Shown here piece by piece: positions 10,858 to 25,300 of a stretch of 64,000 nt of DNA; position 1 is the first letter of the stretch, and each line of letters starts with the position of its first letter. The DNA lies in contig NC_043011.1 of NCBI RefSeq assembly GCF_006345805.1, positions 24,006,464 through 24,070,463 on the forward strand, read 5' to 3'. The notes beneath the pieces were generated by a model. That model was given only the letters and a program-made list of their open reading frames with translations. It was not told the origin of the DNA and made no database searches. A program made the position numbers and the translations under genes. This DNA is from Octopus sinensis. Lineage: Eukaryota.

Positions 10858-12073
10858 CAGGGGATGGAGAAAATAATGGAAACACCTTAAAATTTCAAGC
10901 AAATTTATTTTACTATGGGGTAGGACCGACTTTGGCAGTAATTACAGCTTAAATTCTACAAAGTATGGACTTGTACAAAGTTTGAATTGTTTCCAAATGA
11001 ATTTTTCTTTATTCTTCAGCTAAAACAGTCTCCAGTTCTTGTAGTGATGATGGTGGAGGATATTGACTCCTTACTTGTTTTTCTAAAATGCACCATAATT
11101 GTTCAATAATATTGAGATCTGGGGACTGTGGCGGCCTGATAAGATATTCAACTTCACTAGAATGTTCCTTGTGCTATTCACTAACAACTTTAGCTGTGTG
11201 AATTGGTGCCGCCTTATGTGGATGAATTTAATCAGATAAAATGCTTAAATAGTCCTGAATATTAATTCTGCCATGAAGGGAAACCATTGGGCTGGCAAAT
11301 TTCCAAGATATAACCCCCAAGATCATCACAGATCCTCCTCCATGTTTAACAGTTGGAAGAAAGCAGTCTGGGTCAAATGTTTCTTTTGGCTGTCTCCACA
11401 AGTATACTCAGCCGGTGATTGGAAATAGGGTAAAGGATGACTCATGTGAGAAAATAACATTCTTCTTTTGTTCTAGGGACCAATTCTGGAGGTTTTTACT
11501 CCATTCTAAACGCTTTGCAATGTTTGTTTTTGAAAGTAGTGGTTTTCTGATTGCTGCCCTCCCATGAAATCTGGCTTTGTGCAGCTCCCGCTGAACAGTT
11601 TCTGTGGAAACTGGATTCTTGAGGTGGTCATTAAACTTTGCAGTAATTTTGGGAGCTGTACTTTTGTGATCCTTTCTAACAATTCGCATAAGAGTGTGAC
11701 GGTCCCTATCTCAAAGTTTTGGTTTTCTTCGAGTTTTGTTTCGGCAAGGAGGTTTTTCCCTCTTTCTCAAAGGCTGTCATTACTTGAAACAGTATTTCTT
11801 GATACACCAAACATTTCAGCTGATTTTGTTACGCTTGCACCTGCCATACGAGCACCAACAATTTGACCTCTTCGAAAAACCGATAGATCTGTCATTTTAA
11901 TGAATTTTAATTACCTTTTTCTGATGATACCAGAAAAGAAATAGCAATTTTAGCAAAACATATTAAGCAACACTAATAATAAATTAAAAAAAAAACAAAA
12001 ATAAACAAACTTTTGCCTGTTTTATAGGTATTTCAAAATTATGATGTTAGGTATTTCCATGTTGTCCAACCCT

Positions 12074-12075
<2 letters not shown>
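10858..12075 (-). mobile_element. Full-length decayed Tc1 transposon (1218 bp); transposase pseudogene ~11895-10913
   Basis: TA|CAGGGGATGGAGAAAATAATGGAAACACC and GGTATTTCCATGTTGTCCAACCCTTG|TA TIRs. Translations include MTDLSVFRRGQIVGARMAGAS, 'KPLLS..RLEW..VIFSHES' (catalytic D mutated) and 'SPDLNIIEQLW'; the frame is shifted. Confidence 0.92.
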
Positions 12076-12107
<32 letters not shown>

Positions 12108-12129
12108 GTATACACACACACACACAAAT

Positions 12130-12275
12130 GGCTTCTTTCAGTTTTCATCTGCTAAATCCATGCACAAGGCTTTGGTCAGCCCAAAGCTATAGTAGAAGAC
12201 ACTTGTCTAAGGTGCCATGCAGTGTGACCGAACCCAGGACCATGTGATTGTGAAGTAAACTTATCACACAGCCAT
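12130..12275 (-). mobile_element. tRNA-derived SINE (decayed)
   Basis: The minus strand reads GGCTGTGTG..AAG..CACATGGTCCTGGGTTCGGTCAC (A/B-box-like head). Related copies are near 20340, 26065, 27157, 49630 and 56720. Confidence 0.6.
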
Positions 12276-13049
12276 GTCTGAACAAGTGAGCACGTGTATG
12301 TGTGCATGTTTGTGCTTCCTCACCTTGACAGTTGTTAAGTCACCACGATACAAATAATTTCCTTTATTTCTAAATCTCCTGTGAATATTTGTCTAATCTT
12401 TGAGAAATATTACTATGCTTGGAAACAGATGAAGGTTGGCAACAGAAAGGGAATCTGGTCAAAGAAAATCTGCTTCAATGAATTCCATCCAATCCATGCA
12501 AGAATGGAAAAGTGGGCATTAAAACAATGGTGATTATAATGTCAGGTAAAAATAAGTGTCGTTTGCTTTCCTAACAAAAGTTAGGCATAAGATCTTCTTG
12601 TAGAACTTCCATACCATCAGTAATGTATTTTTTAGATAGTGGAAAAAAAAAAAAATAGTAGATGAAAAATGATAAAAGCCTGGAGTATCTGTGTGTGTGT
12701 GTATATATATGCATGTTTGTGTGTGTATCTTTGTGACCCACCACTGCTTGGCAACCAGTATTGGTTTGTTTACATCCCTGTAACTTAGTCGTTCAGCAAA
12801 AGGACCTGGATAGAATAAGCACCAGACTTTTAAAAAAATAAGTACTGGGATCAATTTGTTTAAGTAAACTCTTGGTGGCAATGCTCCAGCATGATGCACT
12901 CCAATGACTGAAACTAGTAAAAGTGGTTTCAGCATACAGGTACAACATCAATTTTCCAGAATCTTTGATACTGAGCATTTTCCGAATTACTGTCTTTTCT
13001 GAACCAGGGGTAGTCACCTCTAAGTTTAACAAATATTGGTTTCAAATTC

Positions 13050-13250
13050 TGGAACAAGGCCAGCAAGTTCAGGGGGAGGGGTAAGTCGATTATATTGATC
13101 CCAGAGCTCAACTGCTGCTTATATTATTGACTCTGAAAGGATGAAAGGCAAAGTCGACCTTGGTGGCATTTGAACTCAAAACGTAAAGATGGAAGAAATG
13201 CTGCTAAGCATTTTGCCTAGCATGCTAACAATTCTGTCAGCTTATCACCT
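13050..13250 (-). mobile_element. tRNA-derived SINE with a GCCTTTCATCC-type central domain
   Basis: B-box-like GAGTTCAAATGCC followed by GTCGACTTTGCCTTTCATCC on the minus strand. Related copies at ~49800-49995 and ~63070-63265. Confidence 0.55.
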
Positions 13251-13252
13251 TA

Positions 13253-13447
13253 CGAGGGGGGCTGGAAAGTTCCTGGCTTTAAAGGTGTCACAAAACTTTC
13301 TGTCCTTTTACAGGGCTTAGAAAAATTGAAGGGCTGCTGCAATAAGTGTGTGAATCTGAGAGGGGAATATGTTGGATAAAATCGGAATTAATTGATCCCC
13401 CTGTATTTTCTTTCACCCAAAGCCAGGAACTTTTCAGCACCCCCTTG
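13253..13447. mobile_element. Mariner-derived MITE (195 bp)
   Basis: TA|CGAGGGGGGCTGGAAAGTTCCTGGCTTT ... AAAGCCAGGAACTTTTCAGCACCCCCTTG|TA. Confidence 0.8.
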
Positions 13448-14948
13448 TATGTTAAACAAATATTAAATTTACTAAAATAGTGAAATGAAATACAAGTACT
13501 AGTACATTAGTACAAATGATACACGTTTACTAACACTGTACTGGGCAAAGTACTAGTAGATTAGTCTGGCAGCCATGGTAATTTGAAGATCCTGCTCATA
13601 GATTAATGCAGATTATAAGGAGTTTCAGACAGTTAGTGTACAGAAAGTTGTCGTCGTACTTGTTCTAGCAACAGCTGAGATATCCTGGAGGAATTGTGAA
13701 TAAAGAAGTCTTTGATTAAAACTAAGAGTGAGCGAACCTGGTCAAAGTCCTAAATCCAAGATGAAGTGGCTAAAAGAAACTGGTGGAAGTTGGGAGAGTT
13801 TCACAGAATAACACTATGTAACTAGATATTAATCTTTGTTTTTTTTTTTTTTTCGTCTTTGGTTAGTAAGTGTTATTTCAGAGGATATCAGTTTTGAAAC
13901 TGACCTATTTTCCATTACATTTCAGACAGATTTAGCACTGTGTTGTTGATTCAGAAATATTACTATAGCAAATATTCTGCTCAATACCACAGATTTGCTT
14001 GTCAGTTGCTTGACAATAAACACTTGATCATGTCCCTTTGTGGCTGACAATATGTGCATCTCTGACCATGAGCAGGAGCAGTTGGGGAGCATCATAGTGA
14101 TGTGTTGAGAGGGATTCTTTGAGGTTTGAATAAATATAACAAAAGCAAAATTTGAAGGAAATATTAGCCATTTGTTGTGCTTTCTTGAGGTAAGCAAATA
14201 GGAAATAACAGTTGCTACCCAAGGACAAAAAGCATGTTATACAGTGTAATTGACTAATGGAAAGTGACTTTCATCTATAGAAACTTTAAACCTTAATACA
14301 TCATAAGAGATGCGATACATGAGTAGAATTTTCGTTTACACAAATGTCTGAGTTAGAGAGTAAGTTAAAGGTGTTTAACCTCAAGTCAAACTTGAGGAAA
14401 CCAATGACAAAAGTCATCCTCTCTTTCTTGGAGTATGCTTTAGATTACATCATCTAATTTGTCCTTTATTTAAGGTGGAAGGCTGTGATTTAATTCTTTA
14501 ACATCTAAGCCAGCCATATCCAGCCCAAATATTCTACCAGTTTTATATTCAGACAAGCCACATCCAGCCTCTCTCTCATAACTACCCAACAATATCACTC
14601 TAAAAATAAACATTCACAGCACCGAAATCTCAAAACTACAAGAAAATATGTGATTAATTCAAACCAATGTGAGTAAATAAACCTTACATTTGACAGAGTA
14701 ATCTGAATGCTAAAGGGTTAAGGAAGATTTAGTTACTGTCTAGCAGGTGAATGACTATATTGTGGCTCTGGTTCTCTCTCTTGGTTCATTTAAGAGTAAA
14801 CAGTTTCAGCAACCCAGTACCAAGATAACACCATGCCTGTGATGAGATGTGAACAGCCAGCCTCTTGAGTGGTTGTTCAATAACCTATCAACTTGGTCAT
14901 CAATGCTCTGAACAGATGTTAACACTGGAAGTAAAATGTTTAATAGAT

Positions 14949-17900
14949 TTTATTTTGGTTCAGGAATAGAAATCACAAAGAATTAAAGAATGTTTTAAAA
15001 CTTCTGGTTGAACAATCAGGTTTATTTTTTTTATATATATATTTTTAAAATTTCCTATGTGAGCCAGGGTCAGTAGCAATGCTCTGGCCATAACATATGT
15101 GAGTGTACACAGGTAATCAGTAAAAGTTCACTAACTTTTTCAATGTCTTTTATATCAGTATGCATACTTTGTATAACAGCATGTGTGTATATACACATAC
15201 AAATGTTTAAACACACACAAGTATACACACAAACAATCTGTCTAACTCTCTCTCTCTTTCTCACACACATACATGAACCAATGAATAGATAATGCTTTCT
15301 TTAAAATGTAGAAATATTCTAGAAATGGTGAATATCCACAAAGTCACATTACAACAGTACCAACATCGTAGTTGGTAACTATTGAAATTTCAAACATATT
15401 TCATAAATCTTCAAGAGCAAGACACTGTATGTGTGTGTGTGTGTATGTGTGAATGTATCAATATATTCTGAAAAATGAAAGCAAACAGTGCCCTATCCTA
15501 TGTGGTGTGTATGACATGAGAATTACAATGGTTTTGACTGTTTGAAATTAGCTTAAATTTTGATATTGCAGAAGAAATGTCATTAATCTTAATGACACAC
15601 TAGTCAAAAGGTATCTCTTATATTTGCTGATATATCAAACTTAAATAAATTTCTAGCAGAAGGAAAGGAAATTAATTCATGAATGTCCCATGAATAAAGT
15701 TGCTACATAGTAGAAGTCGTCTATGAACCTTTCTCTCTCTCTCTTTCTCCCTCTCTCTCTCTGTCTTGCATTATCTACTTGGTCACTGATATGGCTCAGC
15801 TAGGCTTGTAGGCATCTTTTGCAAAGAATCTCAGATTGCAATCAGTCAAACTATTGTTTATAAATGAATATAGATTGTCTGAAAATTTAAAAAAATATCC
15901 ATAGGCAACTCCCGAAGGTGACCTGTGATAGTAAGCTATAACAATGTAATTGTTACATACATACATACAAACATACATTGTGGTGGTATGTTACAGAGTG
16001 ATAATATGGTATAGGTTGTACAAAGAAGAGAGTTGTAACAATGTAGAAAAGTTCACAAGAAATTATCCATCCATTATCGGCATTGGTAGGTTGGGATTGC
16101 AGTTGTATTCAGTAGGAACATTTGGTAATGACAAAGCAATATTGGTTTGGTGCAAGGAAAATAAATGCATACAAACAAAAATAAGAACAGAAGATAAAGG
16201 AAATGTAATTACAGCACAATGTCAACAGAAAGTTAAACTATTACAGAAGACAGAAATTTCATCACATCTTGGAGCTGATCACAGATTATCAGGTGGCTCA
16301 CATTATTAATATTATTATTATTATTCCAATAGATTAAGATATTGCAGCAAATAAGAACAAAGAACAAAGATTATTATGAAGTGTAATGTTGAGGATTTAA
16401 TCATCTGATGGTTTGTAGAAATAAAAGAGTAGGGGAGGGTAGAACAAAATTAGAAGGTGGTATAAATGCTTCCTTTTTCAATGGAAATCTGCAATGGGGA
16501 TTAATTATAAGAAAATACATCATGGAATCATTGAGAGAAAAGGAATTGGGTAGGATTTTATAGTTTTAACAGGAGACCATCACTACAATCTTTTGTTTAT
16601 CAGTAGTTGCTGCCAATCTTACAATGCTTCAAGTCTCAAGAATATAGCAGTTTCAAACCTTTAGTTAAGAAGATTGATTTTAGCAGCTGAGTGGGTTTTT
16701 CCCCACATAGTACATAAAATCTAGAATTACTAATGTACAAATGCAGTAGTGCAATTTTGCATATATATATATATGTATGTATGTTGTATGTGAACAGATG
16801 ATGTTTTGTAATAGTTATAAGTCATATTTCTTAAAACAAATTAAAAGAAAAGGGGAAAAAAAGACAATTCTGATTTAGTTTACTGAAAGGAGTTTTTCTT
16901 ACAAGTTATTTACAGAAATGTTGAGAAAATATTTTCTTGTATATGTGTTAAATGTATGTTTCAATGTATGTAATATATGTACTCATAAATACATACATAT
17001 TCAGGCAGCCTCTGTAAAATATTTATTTCCATAGAAAAATGTGTAAAATTAAGCAAAAAATAGTTGATTTTTAAAGAGAGAGAGAGAGAAGAGGGAGGGA
17101 GGGGTGGTTATACATTTCAAACAGCAGTAAATGAACATAAAGTGTCAATGGTTGACTTCAATAATTACTAAAAAAATAAATAAAAATGATAAAAAAAAAA
17201 CATTCACAGAAATGAAAGTCTCTTTTGTAATTCATAACATTTGAAACATAAAAAAAAAAAAGAAGTTAAAACAATAACACTTAATATAAAATGTAACTGT
17301 AGGTGTAAAGGATAAAAAGAAAAGCAGGATAAACTAAAAAAAAAGATCAAGTATTATCAGTAAGTCAGATGATGTTTTCCTATTATACTGAAGTAGATGG
17401 GTGGGTAAGTGGTAATGTTGGTGAAAGGTGGGACAGGCTTTATCAAAGATACTGGAAGACAATACTTCAATGAATGTCTAAACTGATTCTGTCCTAGCTA
17501 TTCTTTTTTTTTCCTTTTGAAATGAGGCTTACAAAATAACATATATTTTGTGCATAGTAATGTAGGGATAGACTAGGACAGTTTTGGAAAGCAAGAAATA
17601 ATACAGAAGTGGTAATTGTGTTGTTATCTGGAATAAGAGGAGCTAGACTGAATATAACACTATGTAAATGTAAATGCCATAGTTTTCAGAGACTGCCAAA
17701 AGTGGTCCTACAGGCCTTATCCAGCTAACAGGTCCCAGAAACAGAACAACAGAACTGATAAAAAAAAAGAAAAGAAAAAAAACAAAAAAAAGAACAAAAC
17801 ATTTAGAATTAAAAAAAAAATCCCTGTTAAGTCATCTTTGAACCAGGATCATATAAACGTGATCCAATGAATTCTTTCATGAATACAGAGCCAAGTGGTG

Positions 17901-18254
17901 GAAAAATACGAGTATTTGCAAGTTGAAAACATATTCAGTATCAATGAAGTGAGTTGAATATAGGAACATATTGGGGGTTTCCTTTTCTTTTCATTTTTTT
18001 TTTTTTTTGATTACTGGTGTAGACTCCAGTGTAGATTTTTCATGGCAACAACATCAACAAGAAATAGGGGAGAAATGATGATGATGATGATGATAATAAT
18101 AGTAATATATTATAATAATAATAATGATAATTATTACTATCATTGCTGGTGTTGTTGTCATGTTAAATAGCAGCAATTTGTGAAGAAGAAAGTGAAAATA
18201 GTCAACATCCAGATGTAAAAAAAAAAAAACTGGAATTTAAATATAAGCTCTCCT
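14949..18254 (-). other. Probable long 3' UTR of the SLC6-like gene
   Basis: U-rich on the sense strand and largely free of TEs downstream of the stop. AATAAA hexamers on the minus strand at about 17022-17027, 15021-15026 and 14949-14954. The actual end cannot be determined. Confidence 0.3.
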
Positions 18255-18422
18255 TCACAATGGGTTCAGGTCTGGATCTGACTTGTATGGTAAATGGTCC
18301 AAGGGAAATGCATCTCCGTCCATGTAGACATACGGAGGGGCGCTAGGCTCAGCGCGATGGTACGTCCTTCCATTGTCTAAGCGGGATTGTCTTGAAGACT
18401 CTTGGAATGTCCCAAGGAAACG
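18255..18422 (-). CDS. SLC6-like exon 14 (cytoplasmic C-tail, ends DPDLNPL*)
   Basis: Acceptor CCTGTATTTCAG, phase 0; 55 codons plus TGA; GC-richer and hydrophilic. Confidence 0.82.
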   Translation of the reverse strand, partial: RFLGTFQESSRQSRLDNGRTYHRAEPSAPPYVYMDGDAFPLDHLPYKSDPDLNPL

Positions 18423-21400
18423 CTGAAATACAGGAACATAAATAAATATACATACATGTATGTATAATAACAAGATACTTAAATAACATAATCTATTGCA
18501 ACATTTGAATATAACAAACATTTAACACTTTGTTCCTCTGAATTTATATAGAGATTATATCTTGATGAAGCTTAAATTAAACAACAATTAATTGCTTATA
18601 ACAAAGGGGTGTTGAAAAGTTCCTGGCATTAAGGGAATTGCAAAGTTCTTTCACAGGGTCTAGAAAAACTGAAAGACTGTTGCAATAAGTGTGTAAATCT
18701 GAGAGAAGAATATGGTGAATAAAATGATAGTTAACTGATCCTCTTGTACTTTCTTTTACCCAAAGCCAACAACTTTTCAGCACCCCTTCATACGTTTCAA
18801 AAGTACATTATATACAACATGTAAAGATATATGCATCTTCTGCATAAATGGTATTCCTCAATGCAAAACCAACTTTTTGGGTTGACGTTCATATAACAAT
18901 GAAGTCTGACAAAATTTTCAGGTGTGTAATGCTCCCAGAATGTGGGGATACCTGTAGTCAATTTGAAAATGTATCTATCCAGTTTTTATGATGGACATAA
19001 ATTATTTGCTTTCATCATTATATTTCATTATGATAACTGTTATATTACATAATGTTATGTCTTCAAAATGGGTAGATTCAAGCAAGCGAAGTAAATTGCT
19101 TTTTGACATAGTTCAATAAATAATTCACGTTTGCCCTTTCATTAGCCTTATGTCTATTGATAACTTTAGAAAAAAATATCTCATAGCTACCTTACTCAGT
19201 TTGCTACTTTTTTTTCTTCAGATAAACTAAAAATTAGAATTTTGTGATGGAAATTGTCATTGTATAAATTTTACATGATACCAACCATAGAAACCATTGT
19301 AGTTTGATCAAATAAAGTATTTTACATTTATTGTTCTTTATGCAAACATAGTTGGAATGCCTACACAATAGCAACTCTTTTTATACATGAATACAACCCA
19401 ATTGTTCTGAAACCTACTTGTCAACTAGTCAAATTGAAGAGTAAGAAGAGGTTCATGCTTTGATCAAGGGTGTATTAGCAAGATCTGAACTCAAAGACCA
19501 CCAGGATAGTAATATAGTCCCAGAACTTTAACCCCTATAGACATTATGTCTCATAAATAATACAAATAAAACTAATAGTAATGATTTTATTTCCCCAGAT
19601 ACAAAGTCTCGCATTTATAAAAATAAAGATTTAGAGTAACTACTCTTTCCAAAAGGAATTAATGGAAAGAAATCATCTTGAAACAAAAACAATTCATAGT
19701 TTTCAGGAGCTGATTAATATCAAATTACAACACCACATCACTTAAAGGCAGTAAATTATTTTGTAATCAGTGACAATTTAGTAAATGGGATTACTATAAT
19801 CTGAATGGAACTAACTAATATATTTCTGGAATTTATAATTTTTTCTTGTTTGTTGACCACGATATCAAGGAAAAAAAAAGTGACACCTAACAGAATTTGA
19901 TAGTTGATCTACGAAGCACATTAAATATAAATACTGTAAAATAAACATTGTAACTTCATAGAAAATGAAGATAAAGGATCACACACTCAATTATTGCTAA
20001 CTATTGTATCTGATTTCTGGCTTTCAAACAGGGAAATATTTGAAAAGTAGTTAAAAAATTCCCCTGTAATATCAATTAAAATAATCTTTTATTAAATCAA
20101 TTTTTGAGCAAAAGAAAATCCAATTTAAAATGATATTACTTACTATTACCTATTAGAAATTTGAATGCAAAATTATATACTATGGACAATACATTTTTTA
20201 ATTAATTCCATTTTAGATTGGTTCTCTTTTATTCAAACATTGATTATTTTTCTTTTGATGATTTAATAAAATACTACTTTAGATGGTATCATAGCAGAGT
20301 TCTGAAACTGTTTTTCAAATACACACAAACACACAAATATTGATGTGTGGATAAGAAGTTTGCTTCACAACCTTGTAATTCCAGGTTCGGGCTACACCTT
20401 CAACAAATGCCTTAAGTTGAACAATACTTGCGAATATAAGTTTGGTAGATAGAAACAGTGAAATGGCTGTGTGTGTGTGTGAGAGAGAGTATGTGTATGC
20501 AGAGTGTGTAAGCATGTGCCTATGTGTACACATGCTCACATGTGTAAGTGTATACCCATGTGTGCAAGTGTGTGTTTATGTGTTTGACACACCAGCTCTG
20601 GTTAAAAAGTAACTTGGTCACTCAGTAAATATAGATTGATGGAATAAATACTACTGGGTTTTGATAAGATTAACTAAATTATTCAGAGGTGATTTCCAGG
20701 CATTACTACAGTGCAATGAGCGAACTCAGGAAGAATATAAAAAAGTAAGAGATATGTACCTGACAACAGGGACCACGTCCTACCATAATAGCATGAATGG
20801 CTCCAACAAGTACGAACACAAATGGTACACCAGATACAATCCATGAAATAGTTTCCCAAGTTTCAGAGTATACACTGCCTTTGTAATTCAGTTCGTCTTG
20901 GCCATGAACAAATTTATAAACCCAAATACCCTGAAGAAAAAGAAACAACAGAACAAAGGTGAATCATTATCAATAACTAAATTATGTTTAAGAAATCTAC
21001 TTTGTAAGGACAAACAACCACAGAATTGAAAATTACATTTTAATTATAACAATAATGGTTTTTGATAAAAGTACAAGGTCACACACTTTGGGGAAAGAGA
21101 TTACAGTTAATTGCAATCCATTCCCCCACACCCACATGCTCCATCATTTAAAATATTTCCAATTTTATTGAATCAGGAAAGAAGAGAGGCAAAGACAACC
21201 TAAGTGGGATGTGAAACCAGAGCAGTAAGTCAAGTCTGTCTTTGTGTCTCCTAATAGCAAGTATAATAACTGTGCTATATACAATCTAAAATCTCACAAG
21301 AAATTTAAGGTCTCCTCCATGAGAGCCCTCAATCCCACCCAAAAAATAAAAATTTGTAGTAGGACTCCTCAATTACTTTATGGAAGATTGACAAAGCATG

Positions 21401-22302
21401 TAGATGTAGGCTTGTTTATAATCTGAACTGACTTCAAATATATTTAAAGAGATGTATATAACAAAGCAAAATGATACTCAATGTATGTATTGCCAGTAAT
21501 TATTTTATTTATCCTGTGGGGTTGACAGACATTGCAGACACATAGAATTTGAGGTTAAAATCCAAATATAGAAAGAAAGGAAAAAAAAAACCCTCCAAGA
21601 CATTTTGTTTGATGTTAAAAGACATGCAAGTATTCATAGATAGCTGTGATTTTACTGAGCTTGACATGTCTTCTCAAAATGCACTTTATGCTGGTGCCAT
21701 GTAAATGCATCCATGTCAGTGCCACATAGCACTCAGCACACTCTGTAAAGTCAGAAGCAAGGGAAACAACTGCGGAATTCTTTAAAAAATTATTGATGAT
21801 GGTGCGGGTATGCATTGAAACCATGCCAAAACAAACAATTGGAGCTGGAGCAGTTCTCCAGCAGGCCAGTCATACCATCCAACCCATGCCAGAATGGAAA
21901 ACGGACGCTAAACGATGATGATGATGATGTTCTGATTTATGTTTTTTTCTTGTAAAAAATTTAAGCAATGTAAATTATTAATTTCTAACATCAGCAGAAG
22001 GCCACAAAGTTTTGAGGAGGATAAATTTTAGCTAAAACAGCTCCAGCAACTTGACCGGTACTTTTATTTTTATCGATTATATGATAAAAGTTGATATTGG
22101 CAAGATTTAAACTCAGAACTCTAAGGGGAATAATTAATCACTGTAAGGATTCTCTATCTTCATCATCATCATTTAACGTCCGTGTGCCATGATGTATGTG
22201 TGTGTATGTGTGTATGTGTATGTGTGTGTATGTGTGTGTGTGTGTGCCATGATGTATGTATGTATGTGTGTGTGTGTGTCTGTGTGTATGTATGTATGTA
22301 TG

Positions 22303-22342
<40 letters not shown>

Positions 22343-25300
22343 CTGTGTGGCTAAGTTTACTTCTCAACAGCAACAACAAAACCTCAATACATACATAATT
22401 TAATGAATAAATCGGATAGTGGAAAGTTTTAATAACAAATGCACACAATTCAAACACTCCACTTTAACGAAATTTCAGACATAAATATAAGTTATCTCCC
22501 TTGTACATAAAAACGGTTCCGATTGCATTTTTTTTTATGGTCTAAGCACCGATTTTTTTTTCCATAACACAGACGGATTTTAAAATTTTTTGTAAATTTG
22601 CACTTGATTCTATTTTTTCTTCTTTACAAAATGTAATTTTCGCTTATATTAATTTTTGACTTACGACAGATAATCATAGTTACTATTGACCCCACCAATA
22701 TAAGGAAGCACGGCCAATAACTAGTTTTCAACTGAAAAGAATAAAATTGAGTAAAGCAGAGTAGTGTACCTTCCAGCATTTTGGTTAGGAAACAGATATA
22801 GTACACGAAAGCGAATCAATAAAATTTTTCTGATCGCACGAAGCGCAGGGAAAAGAAAGGTAAGTTATATTTGTATCATGACAAGGGAAATGTTCCTATC
22901 ATATCCAATATAATGTTTTCCTCATACACTTTAGTGAAAAGCACACTCGTTATAAACAGAGAAACAGGCAAACGTTGATAATAGTCAGAAGCAAGGGAAA
23001 CAACTGCGGAATTCTTTTTAAAATTATTGATGATGGTGCGGGTATGCATTGAGAGACGAGCATTGTATATGCTGGTGTATGTGATGCTCTGTTTTTATAC
23101 TTAAATGTAACAAAAATTGTAATGCGTCTTATGCGACTGTATTATGGATCGCATACTAAATGCATGGGTGTACGATGAAACATGTCAAATTTGATCTCCC
23201 ACAAAATATACCTTTTTCTCCAGCCCCAAAAAGCAGAGGTTCGTCTTCTGTGAGATTGTGTCTTATACACTAGGAAATATAAGTAATCTTCGCTAAGTAT
23301 AGTGAAAACTCCAGACATGAACACTTCAGAGAAGCACAGATTTACTCATATTTTCCAGACCTCAGAACAACTGGAAGAATAGGGCTCTTTTCTTTCTTTT
23401 TTCTCTTTTGGTAAACTGAAGAGACGAATCGAAAGTGACAGATGAAAATCTGCCATGCAAAAGTGCTTTCATACAGCAGATATTATATCTTCTGCATGAA
23501 GGAAACATTTCTACCGATTTTGAATTTCAGAATTGATTCCTTGGCTTTTGACCAAATTTATCTTCAGCACTTGATTTTTTTTTTTCATTTCATTGCAAAT
23601 ATGGCATTAAATTCATTAAAACTTCTTTAGTCTTGTTTCATTAAGTCGCCACCCCTCATACTTAAGTATGTATAATGCTGCAGACAATAGCAATCAAATT
23701 CAGCAAGAAGCACATGCATAGTGTGCAACATCTTGTCTATGTGTGCTTGTAAGGTGAATTTGAAAGACAAGTAATTAGGTATTGAATAAATTGATTATTG
23801 TAAAATAGACATGTAATGCACAAGGGTGACATGGTGGAGGAAAGTGATTGTGTAGTGAAAAGTGAAACTCTTAGAGAAATGTACTGAATTTATATAGGTA
23901 TATCTTGAATCTATAGAGTACAGAAAAATATATAAGCATGAAAGATTTAAGATTCACTCACAGCAGTTGCCAAACAGGACAGGGCAAACCAAACACCCAT
24001 CATGATGCGTTCAGCTAATGAAAAGTTCTGCTTTGCTGTATAGAAAGAAAGAAAGCAACAAATATAATTTGTAGAACATTAATAATTAACTTCATTATTT
24101 ACTTATATACACCTTAATTTACTTATATAACACCTTAGTAAAATTGTGAAAGTATAATATTAGGTGTGAGATCTCTAGTTTGTTGAAGTGGAATTATGAG
24201 AAGCTGTGTTTATGCCTCTTGCCTATTCTAGTAGCAAAATTGGTATGATTGTGAATTCAGTTCACCAAAACGTTGTTACTTTATGCTTTACGTCATAGAC
24301 AGAAAATATAATGGGAGGAATGTATTACCATGTAAGAATTATATCAAAATTTCAAATTCATTTATAGCTTTTATAAATAACAACATTACAGCTTAATTAT
24401 GAGAATTATTATTAATATTAACAAATGTAAAACTTACTCATTTCAGTATTTTTGTTTTCTGAACCCCCTCTCATATTGCATTGTATCAAATTATTTGGTG
24501 CACTTTTCAAAGAACTTGCATTAGATTAAGTGGGTTTTTTTTTTATTAAAGTTCTACGAAATATATTTTTTTCACATTAATAAATGAACAAGTTGTCAAA
24601 CTTATGCTTCACTTTGACACTTCAGGAACTGAATGTTTTTACATGTTTGTACAGCTGTAATAGTCTTAGTAGTCCTGAAGACATCTACCTCATTTATGTA
24701 GAAAGTAAACAAAATAACCATGACTAAAGTGTTTGTAAGTCAGCGTACAGAGGAAATATAATTTTATAATATACAATTGAAAATATCTCTGTGAATTGCT
24801 ATGACTTACCATAGACCACAATAAGTCCAATAAAAGTGAGGACTACCACCAAGAATACCAGCCGCTCCAATGACACAGTCATTAGGGTATTGAAGTAGGG
24901 TCCAGCCTAAACATCAAACAAAGAAAACATTATAAAATTAAATATCAACAACATAATTGTTAATTACTTTTTAAGAGAAAAATATTGAAAGTAAGTTGAA
25001 AGAATGTTGAATAAAAAATTTTTTAAATCATTTAGTTTTTTTGTTTTAGTGTTATAAATTCCAACAATAACACAAAGAAAAGCCAAGTAATACATCAATA
25101 GCTGCATTTAAGTCATGAAATTACTCAAGCTTCTAAGATAAATTAAGGCAGTTAATATGAGATGTATAACTATACTGAAAAAATTTAAAGAATTACTAAC
25201 AAAATTATTTTGACGTCCCCCAGGCCATTTAACAAATTCTTTTACTAGACAATCATTGCAAGTTTTAACAAACATCCAAACTATAATGAACTCTCCAAAC

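Noticed and set aside
15950-16309. 119-aa plus-strand ORF
   Set aside because: It starts in a microsatellite, lies antisense to the probable 3' UTR and has no recognisable domain.
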